Of a stretch of 64,000 bases of DNA, positions 26,001 through 56,732 are shown in pieces. The notes under the pieces were generated by a model. It was not told the origin of the DNA. It saw only the letters and a list, made by a program, of their open reading frames with translations, and did no database searches. How positions within the stretch are numbered: position 1 is the stretch's first letter; each line of letters starts with the position of its first letter. Both the position numbers and the translations under genes were made by a program. The stretch comes from Tubiluchus corallicola (lineage: Eukaryota > Animalia > Priapulida): the NCBI GenBank assembly GCA_030141605.1, contig JAQGDQ010000389.1, forward strand, positions 156,810 through 220,809, read 5' to 3'.

Positions 26001-26945
26001 AACACCACTCTTGTCTGCATACCTTGACTGGTCAGTGTACCATTTATTTATAAATCGTCCATTGGCTACTTAAGTTAACTGAAGATAGACACTTTCTGTT
26101 GGTGTACTTTTAGAGTTCAGTGACAATTTAAATTTCCAGGTATAAAATTCCACAGATAAGCAACCCGAAGGAAAATCTGAATGTCCACTTAGCTGCTCTA
26201 TGTCGATTTAAACATACTTGTAACAATCTTTGTATCTTGTTGCACACGATAATAATAATTGTTGCACAATAGCTGTAGACTACAACGCGCCAGGCAGATA
26301 ATGGTCAGTCACTCTGCTGATTTTAGCTGGAAATTACAAAGCCAGCAATTATATAATTATAAAAATTTGCTAATAATCAATATTTGCTAGACGCCAAAAG
26401 CGGGGAGAAGTCAGTCGGAATTTGCCGATTGTCCATATTTACCGATACTAAGCTAATACAGTAGGCACCATGTATTAGACTTATGGTAATGTAGAATCAA
26501 TCACCTAATCATGTCAAAAACATCTAGTACTGGCCGCTCTGACATACAAGCTGCACACGTGTCGTCACATGCTGGTTGGTTACACTGATGTAATGATGTA
26601 AGCAAAGTGACAGCCTGCCAACTAGTTGTCAGCTCGTGAAACAACAGACTGTGTCCGTAGGATGCGGGACTTTTAGCGGTCCAGATTTTGTCCAATATCC
26701 GTAAAAGCGTGGTCCGGCAAACCGAAATATGAGTGTATTGCTATTTAGTATTACCATTTAGTTAACCATTTTCTATCATTTTGCTTATTTCTCACGTAGC
26801 ACAATGCGTACTCAACCTATTTTAACCCTTTTTCTATTGTTTAGGTCATTTCGTGCGCGAAGGTAAAGGGTTAATCAAAGCTACAGCATCGGCGGGAAGC
26901 GTAAAACTCTCTCAGCAGGACTGGTTCAGCTCAATGCGGTTATAG
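12864..26945 (+). CDS. FAM185A: FAM185A-like protein (DUF4097-type beta-repeat), 395 aa
   Basis: Exons 12864-13329, 15920-16029, 17148-17237, 18865-18991, 21456-21512, 23418-23510, 25887-26030 and 26845-26945 total 1188 nt, open to TAG. The segments [52 protein letters not shown] and the C-terminal [16 protein letters not shown] parallel vertebrate FAM185A as I recall it. The Arg-rich N-terminus could be a mitochondrial presequence (inference). Confidence 0.85.
13441..13854. mobile_element. MITE, inverted relative of 6470-7526 without the array
   Basis: TATACGCATATC..TTTGCCGGACC ... GGCAAACCAAGATATGAGTGTA; the body is the reverse complement of the 6470 element. Confidence 0.7.
16262..16480 (+). 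mobile_element. tRNA-derived SINE
   Basis: A-box TGGCTCAGTG and B-box GGTTCAACTC are followed by GAGTCATTCCAAAGACTTCAAAAATGGTACC. From memory this resembles the conserved MetaSINE central domain; unverified. Confidence 0.6.
16550..17122. repeat. Adjacent 41-bp (~9-10 copies) and 35-bp (~5 copies) arrays
   Basis: ATGCACAGTTTACACTGTGAGATCTATATAGGTTTAAAACA runs to ~16945, then ATGTTTGGTGGCTCCATCTGTATGTGAATATGTTG; the block ends 25 nt before the acceptor at 17147. Confidence 0.9.
17300..17737. mobile_element. hAT-like MITE; inverted relative at ~14364-14834
   Basis: TIR CAGGGTTCCCAC ... GTGGGAACCCTG; the body is complementary to 14364-14834. Confidence 0.7.
18941..20752 (+). repeat. 58-bp array containing the FAM185A exon-4 3' end and donor
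   Basis: TGTATGCAGATGCATCAAAGTTTCTCACACTCTGTGGTGCTATACGCTTAG|GTAAGTT, about 31 copies. Confidence 0.95.
21608..22066. mobile_element. piggyBac-type MITE
   Basis: TTAA|CCCTTTCA ... TGAAAGGG|TTAA. Confidence 0.75.
22600..23088. repeat. Compound (CA)n microsatellite
   Basis: CA runs interrupted by CTCTT. Confidence 0.95.
23642..25896 (+). repeat. 33-bp array containing the FAM185A exon-7 acceptor
   Basis: TGTTACGCTGTACTTTCTTACAG|GC(G/A)ATGTTAC, about 68 copies; the last copy is the real acceptor (TTCCAG|GCGATGTTGCC). Confidence 0.95.
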
Positions 26946-27988
26946 CAATCAGACGTTCGACCTTTCGGTCTAAAATGGTGCTAAAAACTTCTACCGGTGC
27001 TTCAGTTTCTCAACCTATGATGTCAGTTACCACTGCAGACCTATTATGTTCAATGTGCTCTTGCAAAGTCCAACATTTGTACGGTTGCTAAGTGTTTTGT
27101 AGAAACGTGACAGAAAACCATGGCTGACTTTAACAGTGATTTGCTCAGGTTATATAATTCAGTGCTTAGCCTCAACCTCAACTTCAACGTGGATTATCTC
27201 AACTTAGAAATAACATAGAGTGATGAACTTAGAGATATGTGAATACTTATGATATATGAATACTAGAAAAACTTACCAATTTATGAACGATTTTGCTACG
27301 CAAACACTTAATTGTGTGTTTGTTCCGTCATTAATAATAATAATAATAATAATATTAATAATAATAATAATAATGACACTGTAGTTGATCAGTCATCTCC
27401 TCAAACTTGTATATATATCACCAAAAACTTTTTTATGTTAAAAAAGTGATTGTTTAATTTACATTATTTATACAAGCATAATCGTCACATAATATAAATA
27501 ACTTATCACAGATCAGAAAGACTATAAGAGCTCTTAAGTTTTTGTATACAATTCTATAATATCTTTAAACGATACATAGACGTCTTAAGCTTTTGTATAC
27601 AATTGTATGATATCTTTCAACGATATGTAAATGTCCTAAGTTTTTGCATACCATTTTATAATATCTTAAATGATAAATAGACGTCTTAAGTTTTTGTATA
27701 CAATTCTATGATATCGTTCAACGATATGTAAATGTCTTAAGTTTTTGTATACAATTCTATGATATATTAAACGATACATAGACGTCTTAAGTTTTTGTAT
27801 ACAATTCTATAATATCTTAAACGATACATAGACGTCTTAAGTTTTTGTATGCAATTCTATAATATCTTAAACGATACATAGACGTCTTATGTTTTTGTAT
27901 ACAGTTCTATGAAATCTTTCAATGATACATAGACATCTTAAGTTTTTGTATACAATTCTATGATATCTTTCAACGATATGTAAACGTC

Positions 27989-45631
<17,643 letters not shown>

Positions 45632-47074
45632 CTTTTTACTGAAATGTTTTAGATGACCATTGGTCAGTTGAGAAGTAATATATAACAGTCAGCTGCCATA
45701 ATTAAGCTATTTTAGCGAGCATTATATCACAATAATAATAAACTGAATTAAATTGAATGAAATATAATATACTATTAGCAAGATTTCAATGCACGGCCAG
45801 CCTTTGTCAACAAAGTATTACAACAGTTAACTAATGTGCATCAACAATTGTGCTCAGTTTCAATGTTGAATTAGTGTGCAAATGTAATGAGCTTCATCAG
45901 TAATCTAGTATCGTCACCATCATCACTTCTGGCAACCTGCAGCATTGTTACCACCCCGGGGTGCCTCTTCTGTGAGCTTCAATAGGAGTAGATTACGGAG
46001 CACTGCCAAATCAGTACAAACTCTTACAGTCATAAGTCATAAGTCATTTATTTCACCCTACACATTTACAATGGTTACATATACAATATCTAGTGAAAGG
46101 GCCTACAATGGATATAATACAAATAAGAAATACTGCACAGGAAAAGCCTCAAACACTGTTCACTTATACACGAAGGTAAATGTGTTGCGGGCAATCAAAA
46201 AGCAGGGCTTGTTAGATTGTCCCACACAGTGACAGCAAAAAAATAATGGAGATAATCTGAAAATTTAAAGTGAATCGTGATTAGTGCTTAAAATGGAATG
46301 ATGTAATGAGTCAACATTGAAGGTATAAACTTATTTAGAAAGTAATACTAATAGATCTTTAATCAGTTAACCAGTGCCAACCTGCGAGAAATTAAAGCTT
46401 TTATGTATAGAACGACTCGATAATCCGCACAGCCTTGTAAAGTAAACAAAATAAGCAAACATTATGAAAATTTATCAACGCAGCTGTTTTATTATTACGT
46501 GAGCAGATTTTATTTTATTGGATTAACAAGTTGAAAGTCCACGTGCACAGTACAGACGGAATGGAAAAAAATTTTGATCCTGCTGAATATCGAGCTAAAC
46601 AAGCAGGATTGACGACGATTCACATATATTTTAGTTTTTACAAACAGAAAGATGAATTCAGTGCCCCAGTTGAAACCTTACTTTCGAAATCTATCTCAGA
46701 AAATGGACAAATTTAGCCCATACTGAAAAGGCCCCAAGGCTACGGCACTGGACACATGCAAATCTTGTCAATAAGAATTTATGCTACCATATAGGCCACT
46801 AATTAAACTTAAACTAATTAAACGCTATTTAATCAACAATAAATAAATCTAATTATTATAATAGTAACAAAAAAATTAAGTAAACTCTCCTGCACGCTAA
46901 TAAGAGCTTTCCACCGCGAGTGTAACACTATTTTTTGCTACACGCCTATGGTAGGGCTTAATAATAATACACAGTGCAATGAAAAACTTACTACTGTGTA
47001 GCCATTGCGTTTGATCCGTGCTAACAGTGACCACTAAAAACAGAGTAAACACAGCGAACAGCGTGTCTCACTTA

Positions 47075-47252
47075 CTTAAACTCACGTCTTGCTCAGTTCG
47101 ATGACCTCTATCTGAACAACAGCCAATTCGCCAAGTACTAACTTAATAGTAACAGCCATAACGGCTGCTATGGAACTTCATGTGCTCTCTGCTGTTATCG
47201 CTGACGTAGCAACTTAATAGACCAATCAGCAGGCAAGAAGGACGCATGCGCT
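47075..47252 (-). promoter_or_regulatory. Probable non-coding first exon and promoter of the SLC36 gene
   Basis: An acceptor lies 7 nt before the ATG (45639-45640), implying a 5' UTR exon. Minus-strand donors GTGAGT (47085) and GTAAGT (47075) are present. Further upstream are TGACGT (~47203), CCAATCAG (~47222) and CGCATGCGC (~47243). Confidence 0.45.
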
Positions 47253-48464
47253 CTTAAACGTTTAATGTTATGTCTGTTGGGTTTAGGACAACTATTATAA
47301 GATAGTAAGATTTCTTTCAGTCATAGCTAGAGAACGCTAATTTTTTCATGCTATTTGCACAACATATAGTAATGATTGATTGCTATAACATTCTTTACCG
47401 TCAAGAATTTGCCCAAAATAGTCATATTAGCCGAAAGCAACTATTTTTAGCTCTTAGCCTGCTCTATAGAGTGGTCTTAATTGAGACTCAATGTGCATGC
47501 ATGTAATCCTCCTACGAAAATCAGATTCAATGTTTTAATTAATTAGTAGTATGACAAAGTTACATATAATATACTGCTTTACAAAAATTTTAACCAATGC
47601 TCAATCTTGTGGAAACAATGTCAAAAATCACGTAATATGAAACATCAATTTTCTACGTTAAGAACATAGACATTTTTATTACTACGTAATATTATTATCT
47701 ATGGCAAAGACAGCATGGTTGTTCTAAGCTTTTTTGAATCATTTTTTATGAACAGAAATGTCAAAAATTGATTTTTTATTGCTGCACAAAGTAAAATAAA
47801 ACAAACATTACTGCGAAACTTGTAAATACTAGTGTAACTACATAAAAAAATTCTAATTTTGCTCTCTAAATTTGCTTCATTGAGTTAATGACATCATAGC
47901 TAACATACTAAAAGTATATTAAAATTTTCATAACAGTAAAAACACTTTTCTTCTCCAGTTTTCTTGCTGCCGAATCAGCAGCGGAGTGAATATTTCGTTG
48001 TGACAGCTCAAAATTACAGACTGCTTCTCACAGCAAACACCAAGATGTCAGGTAGAAACTTTAAAAGAAATTGTAATCACATTAATTTTTGGAATTTTAT
48101 TCTTACTTCACAACACAAGCACCAAAAAACTATCGCGAAATTACATGACAAAACTGGAATATACAAGAAGATGTTAAAAAATATACAAGATGCTGATGAG
48201 TAAAACAATTAATTAATAAATGAAAGTTTAATAAAGAAAATTACAAAGATAAAATACAATTCCAAACATTTAAGATCAATGAAGTGTTTCAAACACCTGA
48301 TAAATGAAAAATGTCACTTATAACACCAGTTATACTACATTTTAAACGACAGGCTGAATACATTATTCTCAAGAATCACTTTGAAATGCGAGATCTGGAT
48401 TATTATTCTAAGGGAAAACTCTAGAGTGTCAGATAACAGCGTCTAGATGGCAGCACGAGCTCGT

Positions 48465-49847
48465 CTACTTGCAGCTGCAGTTAGTGCATTTGCAGTCTGC
48501 GCATTTACATCCTTCGTCGCAACACTTTTGTCCACACTTGCAAGAAGTACAGGTACACGGGTTGCACTTGCAATCCACTGAGCATGCGCAGTGAGCTGCT
48601 GTGCACTGGCAGTTGTCACCACATGTGCAGTTTACACATTTGCAAGCAGCTAAAAAAGTAAACAGAAAGTGTCGTCAACAAAAACAATAATAATTAATAA
48701 TATCATTTGTGACAATAAAAACAAAACAATAGCAACAATAAGAACAAAAATGTACAACACTGATTAATTACAGCATGCATCTTTCTAATAAAATATTGAT
48801 TTTTTTCTCACTTCACTAATCTCTCACAATAAGTGCAAATTATACTGACACCAGTAATACAACTGCAGGCTAAGGAATGCACGCGCATGCGCAATAACAA
48901 CTGTATAGAATACTTGTCGTTGTTGAAGATGTGTTGAGCCGTGTTAAATTTTAATCAATGGGCAACCAACCGGTTGAAAAAGCACTTGGACGCTTTAAAA
49001 CTGAAGTTCATAACTAAATAATTATAATTATGCTTTAATTACTGGAAGCATTTTCTTATACTGGAGGTCTCTAAACTGAACACAATTCAATTCAGTTTTG
49101 TTTTCTCAACATTAGCTAAAAACAATAATTATGTAACAATCTCGATGTATCTGAGGAGAATGCAGTTATACCTACTAAATATTAAAAAGAACACTTAATT
49201 TTTAACTGAAAGCACAATTTAGCTGCTGTCCATTAGGAGTCTATAATAGAACAAAGTTGCTGTGATTGCAATATACTGTAAATAATTTCTGGATACAATT
49301 TTTTTAATTACTACGAATTTTCTATAAGTTAGTTTAAAGTTGGGTAGAAGCTCCAAAATTATTAAAAATGTCGGATGCCAGTTGTCGATCTTCCCTCTAC
49401 GAAGTTAGGACGCCACAGTTTTACCTTATTGAACTTTACTGCTTTCAAAATGTTTACTAAACAACTTTCGCTAATAACAGTTTATAGTTTGTTTCTGTTG
49501 GGTTAGGGTTAGTTTTTTCTGTTTTTTACTTGTCTTAAAAGCAGAGCTCTTTTATTTTAGAAGTCTTGTCTGCCCAAATAGACGCAACGGGCATATGACG
49601 AATATTTTTACCAGCGACATCAACAGTTACTTTTAGTGTGAAAATTCCTTTAATATTTTTACACAATTTTGCCCGTCATTTTTTAAGTGCAAACTCGCAT
49701 ACAGTTTGATTAACTATATATTTCTGTCAGCTATACAGATTTGAAGTACACAACAAAGTCTGAAGAGTTAACCAAGAGTAATTATATAATTATAGTGTTA
49801 ACTTTTGTACCTAAAATTCTTATAACACACCTACCTGATTTTGGCAT
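48465..49847 (-). CDS. Metallothionein A, 65 aa, 22 Cys (absent from the ORF track)
   Basis: Exon 49847-49835 (ATG CCA AAA TCA G|GTAGGT) joins exon 48649-48465 to give MPKSAACKCVNCTCGDNCQCTAAHCACSVDCKCNPCTCTSCKCGQKCCDEGCKCADCKCTNCSCK*. It has CxC repeats and no aromatic residues; TATATAAA lies on the minus strand at ~49946-49953. Confidence 0.9.
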
Positions 49848-50169
49848 GTTGCTTGGGGTTTTTCTGATGACTTTTTCACGAGACGTATGATTTATTCCTA
49901 GTAAAAGGGTTTGGGCTGATACGATAAGTTGCCAACTTGCCAGACTTTATATACCAGCAGTGTTAAGACTTTGTTCTACGATCCTGTAGCCTTGGGCAGT
50001 TTTAGCGCCATTAATCACATGACAAAGGACAGCAAACACCATGCATGTATACATTGTGTAACTTGCCATGCGGGAGGAGTGACCAGTTTTCCTTTTTTGA
50101 AAATATTTGCCTAGCGCCCCGTGGTCGTGACGTCATTGCCAGAGAGGACGAATGTTGCCGTGGGAGGAA

Positions 50170-50326
50170 TGTAGGTGAAAATGGCGCAGGTGAAAATGGC
50201 ACAGCTAAAACGGCGTAGGTAAAAATGGCACCAGTAAAAATGTCGCAGATAAAACGGCGTAGGTAAATATGGCACCAGTAAAAATGTCACAGGTAAAGAT
50301 GGAACGGCAAAATGGCATGGCAAAAA
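50170..50326. repeat. Degenerate ~15-bp repeat between the metallothionein genes, probably transposon subterminal repeats
   Basis: Variants of AGGTAAAAATGGCAC, about 10 copies. Confidence 0.6.
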
Positions 50327-51786
50327 TATAATCGTCAAAGACATCTCTAACTCAATGTAAATGGTTCTGGCGATTCAGAAACTTTTTCGTTGAGAAGCAT
50401 TGCGTCTCTAAGCTGAGTCACTGAACTGGCAGAGGTGTCTTTACCTTGCTTGGATACGTCTTTCCTCTAAACAGCTAGAATCAGCAGGACGAAAAAAAAC
50501 AGGACAGAGTCACCCATTCACCGACTCAATGTTGCTTAACTTCAATTGTTGAGCACTTATCAAGACTACTCTGTTATACACTTTTGTCTTTAAGCTTTGA
50601 GTTACTCAAGTTACCTAACGAATACTTAGGTCTTTATTATACATGTTATATTACTTTGTTAAGTGTATATTAGTCGCAAAAGTACATTTATACCAGGGTG
50701 AATGGGCGTATTCTGCAAATGCATGTAAATAAAAACAGCAAAAACAGCAATGGCCCGCTAGGATTTTTCAGGATTTATTTTTCATTAAACAGGGTGTTAT
50801 AATTGTTATTCAGATTTAGTAAGTAACTAACTATGTAGGCCTACTGAGCACTAGCTACGCTACCCAAGTAAACTGGCAATTTGCCAGCAGCATAATTATG
50901 TCAAGTTGGCCAACCACTCGGTTCAGCATGGCAGTAATTTTTGCACACGGTACACTACACAAACGTTTTATCTTGTAACTTCTAGTATAAGCGGCAAAGC
51001 AAGAGAAATAAATAAGATAAACGGTTTTTTTTTATTTTAACAACAACGAAATTGTGTTTACTCCCTTTCTGTTTTCTCTTCTCCACTGCATTAAAATATT
51101 TCACGAAACTACAGCACTGAAATGTGCGTCAGAAATTATTTAATAAGTGTTGCCTCATTGTCCCGAATAATGCAATGGATAGGCAATCATAAGTCATTAG
51201 AATCTTATCAAACTTGAAAAGCGTGAAAAGCGAAAATTTTGGGATGCAGCCTGGATTTGAACCAGAAACCTTCTGCATAAATTACACACGACTTTTACCA
51301 GTAATCCATCATATCTCTCAGTGGTAAAGGCAATCAAAACTTCACCCAATGATATACAAGAGATTAATAAAATAACCTGTTCAAAATGAATTCAATTTAT
51401 GACAAAAAATTGTTATACACACTAAGAGGGGGCCAATAGAAGTTCAAATCAGAGTGTACAATGTGTCCAAAACCTTATGGCCAATTTTTTTATGGCGAAC
51501 CACCCTGTATCCAAATGCGTCCTTAGTGTAAAATGGAACATTTTGTGTTCAATATAAGACAGAATCGCTCAAACATACTTGTTTTTAAAAGTGATGTGAG
51601 TTCAAGTAATTTTGGAATCCTGTTTATTAATTAGCATTGCTTTAGTTTAATTGGTCAAAATTTAGGGCCTGGTTATAGCCTTATTAGCTTAATGGTTAAT
51701 CGATCCGCCCCACCTGAAGTCAGTGAACTGATTCGCACAGCATGACACGGCAACTTTTTAAAATTGATTGTGCCACGACATTGTTT

Positions 51787-51938
51787 TGCACACGGCACGC
51801 AAAGCAAACATAATGCCAGATTTGACTGGTGATATGATAATTATGGCAAGACTTTGCTATCGATTCTGCGCACGACATGCATTTGTTTTGCACACGGCAC
51901 GCATGCCTCACGGCATGATCTTGCCAGCCAGTATAAAA
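51787..51938 (+). promoter_or_regulatory. MT-B promoter: three metal-response elements and a TATA box
   Basis: Matches to the MRE core TGCRCNC (MTF-1 site) at 51787 (TGCACAC), 51867 (TGCGCAC) and 51889 (TGCACAC); TATAAAA at 51932. A fourth TGCACACGG lies at 50942. Confidence 0.8.
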
Positions 51939-52068
51939 CCGAAAGGCGTAAACAAGTTGCCAGTTTTGCCAGTACTTGCCATACCTAAAGCGTCAAACGG
52001 TTTGTGACGTCATTGGACAAACTACTGTAGCTGCTACGCGTCGAATTTCGAAGCAATTTTTACAGAAA

Positions 52069-52770
52069 ATGGACACAAAACCAGGTGAGTATTTCGTATA
52101 ATCGTAGTTTTAAATTGTGCAGCTAATTATTAATTCGCTGTGAATTTACAATTTAATTAAAATAATTATTATGATTATTGTAGTTTAGGCAAAATGCCTG
52201 TAAAAACCTGCTTTGCAAAATAGAAAACTATAGCTTTATGCTTGCTGCATATTTTTTACTGCATAAATTGGTCCACATGCATATATTAGATCAAGGTTTA
52301 ATCTATATTGCGCATGAAATATTTCTATCATTAAATTTTGCCTTGTAGGTTATAAGCGAATGCGTCTTTATTCTGTCCGTTGACACAATATTCCTACAAT
52401 GCTGACCCTGTTTCTGGCTTTGAAATGCTTCTACTAATTTATACTGTATTGAATCGTATATTACGTATTCATTTACAATACGTATTGAATTTCTGAACTT
52501 CTGAAACTGAAGTTTATTATTTTGTGGTGAAATAGTTATCATAGTTACAAGTTTACAACACACCCGGAATGCAGAAAGTATGGGTTCGACTCTCACCGGT
52601 GTCACAATTTTTCGGGATTTTTATTTTACTATTCTTGTGGCATTAAAGGCGGTTACTGCAGGCAATTTATTTTCAAAAAATTTCCCAATTTTTTGAAGTT
52701 TTATCAAAAATCAGTACAGTGGATGAAAGAATAATTAATTTTACAGCGTGCACGTAACTAGGTTTTTACT

Positions 52771-52817
<47 letters not shown>

Positions 52818-53419
52818 CTTTTATTTATGTTTTAACACACGCACAGTTATAACACAATTAATTTGGTAACAAAAATGTGAAGAAAGGGCAGCGAAAGACC
52901 AATTGGTCATCTAGTCAGCTGCTCTTCGGTTAGTGATGCACATTTTTTATAGGCGCTATGCTACAGTATATTAGTGTTAGTACTGCTTATAATAAAAACT
53001 AAATTGTTACGAATGACATTAAATTGATATGCTTATAATGTGTTAGTACAATACATACACAGTAATAATAAGTGCATAATATAAAAAAAATCAAACTGAA
53101 AATAACTGAAATAAAACTAAACTTTACTGTGGTAAACTCTGCCTATTCTGTAAGTAATAAGTTACTCATAATAAGTTACTTTGCATTAAAATCGTTAAAA
53201 TTCGTTTTTTTTATTTTCTCTGTTACAGCAAACTGCAAGTGCACTTCCTGCAAGTGCGGTGACAAATGCAAGTGCACATCAGTTGGCAAATGCGGCTGCA
53301 ACTGCAAATGCGATCCATGCAGCTGCAATCCGTGCAGTTGCTGCAATCCAGATAGCACGTGTTGCCAGACCCAATGCAAATGTGACAACTGCGCATGTGC
53401 GAGCTGCGCTGGGAAGTAG
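52069..53419 (+). CDS. Metallothionein B, 68 aa, 22 Cys
   Basis: Exon 52069-52084 (ATG GAC ACA AAA CCA G|GTGAGT) joins exon 53229-53419 to give MDTKPANCKCTSCKCGDKCKCTSVGKCGCNCKCDPCSCNPCSCCNPDSTCCQTQCKCDNCACASCAGK*. The phase-1 intron is in an equivalent position to that of MT-A. Confidence 0.92.
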
Positions 53420-56400
53420 ACCTGTGAAGAGACGATTGTCTAACCTTTTCTTGTGTTCACAAATGACCATGTAAATAATCAATACTGAGTCTGTCCCGGT
53501 GTTATGTAAGATATACTAGAATGAACAATATACTTTTGTAAGCAACTGTAATTATTGTTTGCTCCACATGTTATTTTGACATTAATTGCCACTCGACATT
53601 GTTTAATTATATATGCCAATCCAAAAAATATGCATATAAAGTTTTAGTTCTTACTTGCTGTATACATAAGCAGTAATTAGTTATTTATGTAAGCACTATA
53701 GTATCTGCTTAAAAGCTATAATTTTGATGTATTTCTCTGTTTACATTACCTCATTTTTAAAGTGTTTTTCATTTAAATTATTGTCACATCTGTTTTGAGC
53801 AACACTATTATTGAAAAAGTATTATACGATTTGTAAAATAACACTATGTCGCTGGAAAAAGCTGTAATATCGCTGACATGCTCTATATAATGGTGGTGCT
53901 GCCATCTTTTGCAAAGATAGCAAAACTTTCTGCATTGGACAAATCCTACTGATCAAACTAAGCTGGTAGCTAATTAACATTTCTTATAGCACTTCTGTTG
54001 ACTTTTATGCAAAAATAATTCTACCAGTTAAAAATATATAAATAACTAAATTGTAATAGTCATTAATGTGTAATAAATACTAAAAATAATGCTGCATTAT
54101 GCTGAGGCTAATATTTATAATCTTATGTTTTAATTGTGATGCTTCTGTATTTATGATAAATAAATTATGTGATCAACTGGTATAAATTGCTCTTCTATGT
54201 TTATTGAATATAAACTGAATAAAGAAAAACTGCAGAATGAATATTACACCCTTGCAAGTCAACATGGCACATTTTTATTTCATTCCAGTAATTATAATAA
54301 ATGCGATTAAAAACGTCATTTTAAAACTGTTTAGGAATTGCGTCTAGATTCTTACGAAGAGCCCCTCCTCAAAGACAGTCGTAGACCAAGGTTATAGGTC
54401 AAAGGTCAGTCAGGAACCAATAACACAGGGTTGTGTTGAGATATCAGTAGGAGTTGGGTTCAAATCCCGAATAGTTCATAATTTCCAGCATCTTATTTCA
54501 ACTCTTTACCCACAATGGGCAATAATTATTGTGAAGTAAACCATTGTGACGTGTTATCGTGACGTTTTAGTAAATTATTGTGACGTTATAGTAAATCATT
54601 GTGACGTGTTATTGCGACGTTAAAGTAAATTATTGTGACGTGTTTATCAACGTGTCATCCTGGCATTCACAGTCATAATCTAATCTATGTGTTGAGGTCA
54701 ACAGTTTGAAAGTCTTTGAACAGAATGTAGCAATAAGACTGCAATTTATGGTAGCAATGAAGCAGAATTTCTTTAAAAAGTTTTTTAACAGGAAGGAGGT
54801 GGAGAAGGGTCAAGCAGGCAGGGCCGAATTTTACCTACTTATGGACCCCAGACCAAACTCATCAGTGAATCTGAAATTCAAATCAAATCAATTTATTTTA
54901 TCCCAAAACAAAAAAGCAACATATCAATATAATATGTATAATATAAGACATAGACATTTTATTTTTCTCCAATTTGCGTCACAAATTTCCATTATACAAA
55001 AAATAACTTTGTCTGTGGAGATGGGGCGAGGAAAGACCGTAGGTCATCTACTCACTCACCCCTTATGATTTAATATTGATGACAGAAAAAAGAATTGATG
55101 ACACAGGATGCAAATAAACTAATCAAAATAAAGCAATAACAAAAGCTAAATTATAAAAACAAACATAACAACAATAGCATAAATGAAAAGTGAAAAGATA
55201 AGATACGTTATCTGGGCAACACCTCACATAGTTTTTCGAATAATTAATGGTTAGTACCAAACAGTCAGCAACTTAATATCATGAGTACAATAAAATCAAA
55301 AATTTAAAATTTAAAAAGCTAAAAAATTAATCGTAAATCAAACAATTTAATTAAATTTAACAAAGCAAAAAACTAAGAAGTAAACAATTTATCAAATTGA
55401 ACAGTAAACAAATTTGTGTATGAACATAAACACCGTACATTACCGTGGAAGCAATATATCGTACTGTTTAGTTAAAATAGATTAAAATAGTTCACGAAAC
55501 AAGGTTATATGCTGTCATGCTGTGTGACAAATTAATTTCTGTGGGCCAGAGGTCTGCCACTTTAAATATTGGTAAATCCAGCCCTACAAGTAGGATGGAA
55601 AGTTGTCATAAAGCATTTAGTACTGGGCAGGATGGTGCTCCATAACTGAGTGACTCGGGGGTTAGACCCTACAGAGCGTAGCAAAACAATTACAGCAGTG
55701 CAGGGACGATGTCTTTTACGTTTTCTGTTGTCAGCATTTGAATTGCTCTGAATTGAATTGAATTTGATTGATAAAAAATGATTTGAATTGTTTTTGATGA
55801 TGTCTATTATTGGTGCAATCAGATGTGAATTCAAAATTATTGTCTAACAACTGAAATGATTTTTATTAGACAACTTGAAAGGTAAGGAAATAACTTTAAA
55901 GTTATGATAATTATTATCTAGTGATTTTACTTTAATTTAAATGAAAAATCTGCGAAATTTTACGCTTTATTAAAAGTTTTTCTGTACATCAGATTTAGGC
56001 CTCGCGCAGATTTAGGCTTACAACTTGTAGGGTTCCACAAAATAGGCAACAAAGTAGACCTTAACTATTATCACTACACTGAACAACAACATTTTTTGTA
56101 TCACATTCACTCACACACTTGTCCGTGGGTTATTTTTAGTGCCTCTTAGTAGCAGCAAATCAATCATTTCATTCATAATAATAAAATTATGAGAAAATTT
56201 TGCCAAGTTACTGTATCTAAATTCTAAGCGCAAAAAGCTGCTCAAATGTAAAAACTATATTACTATCAAAACACAATAATTCTCTAGCATACAGAAAGTA
56301 AGAAAATAGTCAGTCGTAATTGTAGCGCGTCGTGAAATTCACGGTTTTTATTCGTCATGCTGTTCTGCGTTTTTCTAGTGAAATCTCTGTAACAAAAGCT

Positions 56401-56552
56401 GCGTGTTTCAAAGCCAGAGTGAAATCACCTATTATAGGTTGCTGACCTTGCTTATGCAAACAAACACGGCAGCTCATAGGCTGTACGTAATAACACTTCC
56501 GCGGAGAAATCTGGGTCATTCTCCAAAGCTCTAAAGAATTTTCACTTTCTGT

Positions 56553-56553
<1 letters not shown>

Positions 56554-56626
<73 letters not shown>

Positions 56627-56691
56627 CCTCCCCCCCCCCCCCCCCCCCTTTCTCTCTTCTCTCTCTCTCTCTCTCTCTCCTCTCCTCTCTC

Positions 56692-56729
<38 letters not shown>
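56554..56729. repeat. (CT)n microsatellite with poly-C
   Basis: Seen directly. Confidence 0.95.

Positions 56730-56732
<3 letters not shown>

Noticed and set aside
53072-53228. N-terminal 52 aa of the 115-aa ORF at 53072
   Set aside because: This is intronic read-through. The real exon starts at 53229 after TTTTCTCTGTTACAG and joins the ATG exon at 52069.
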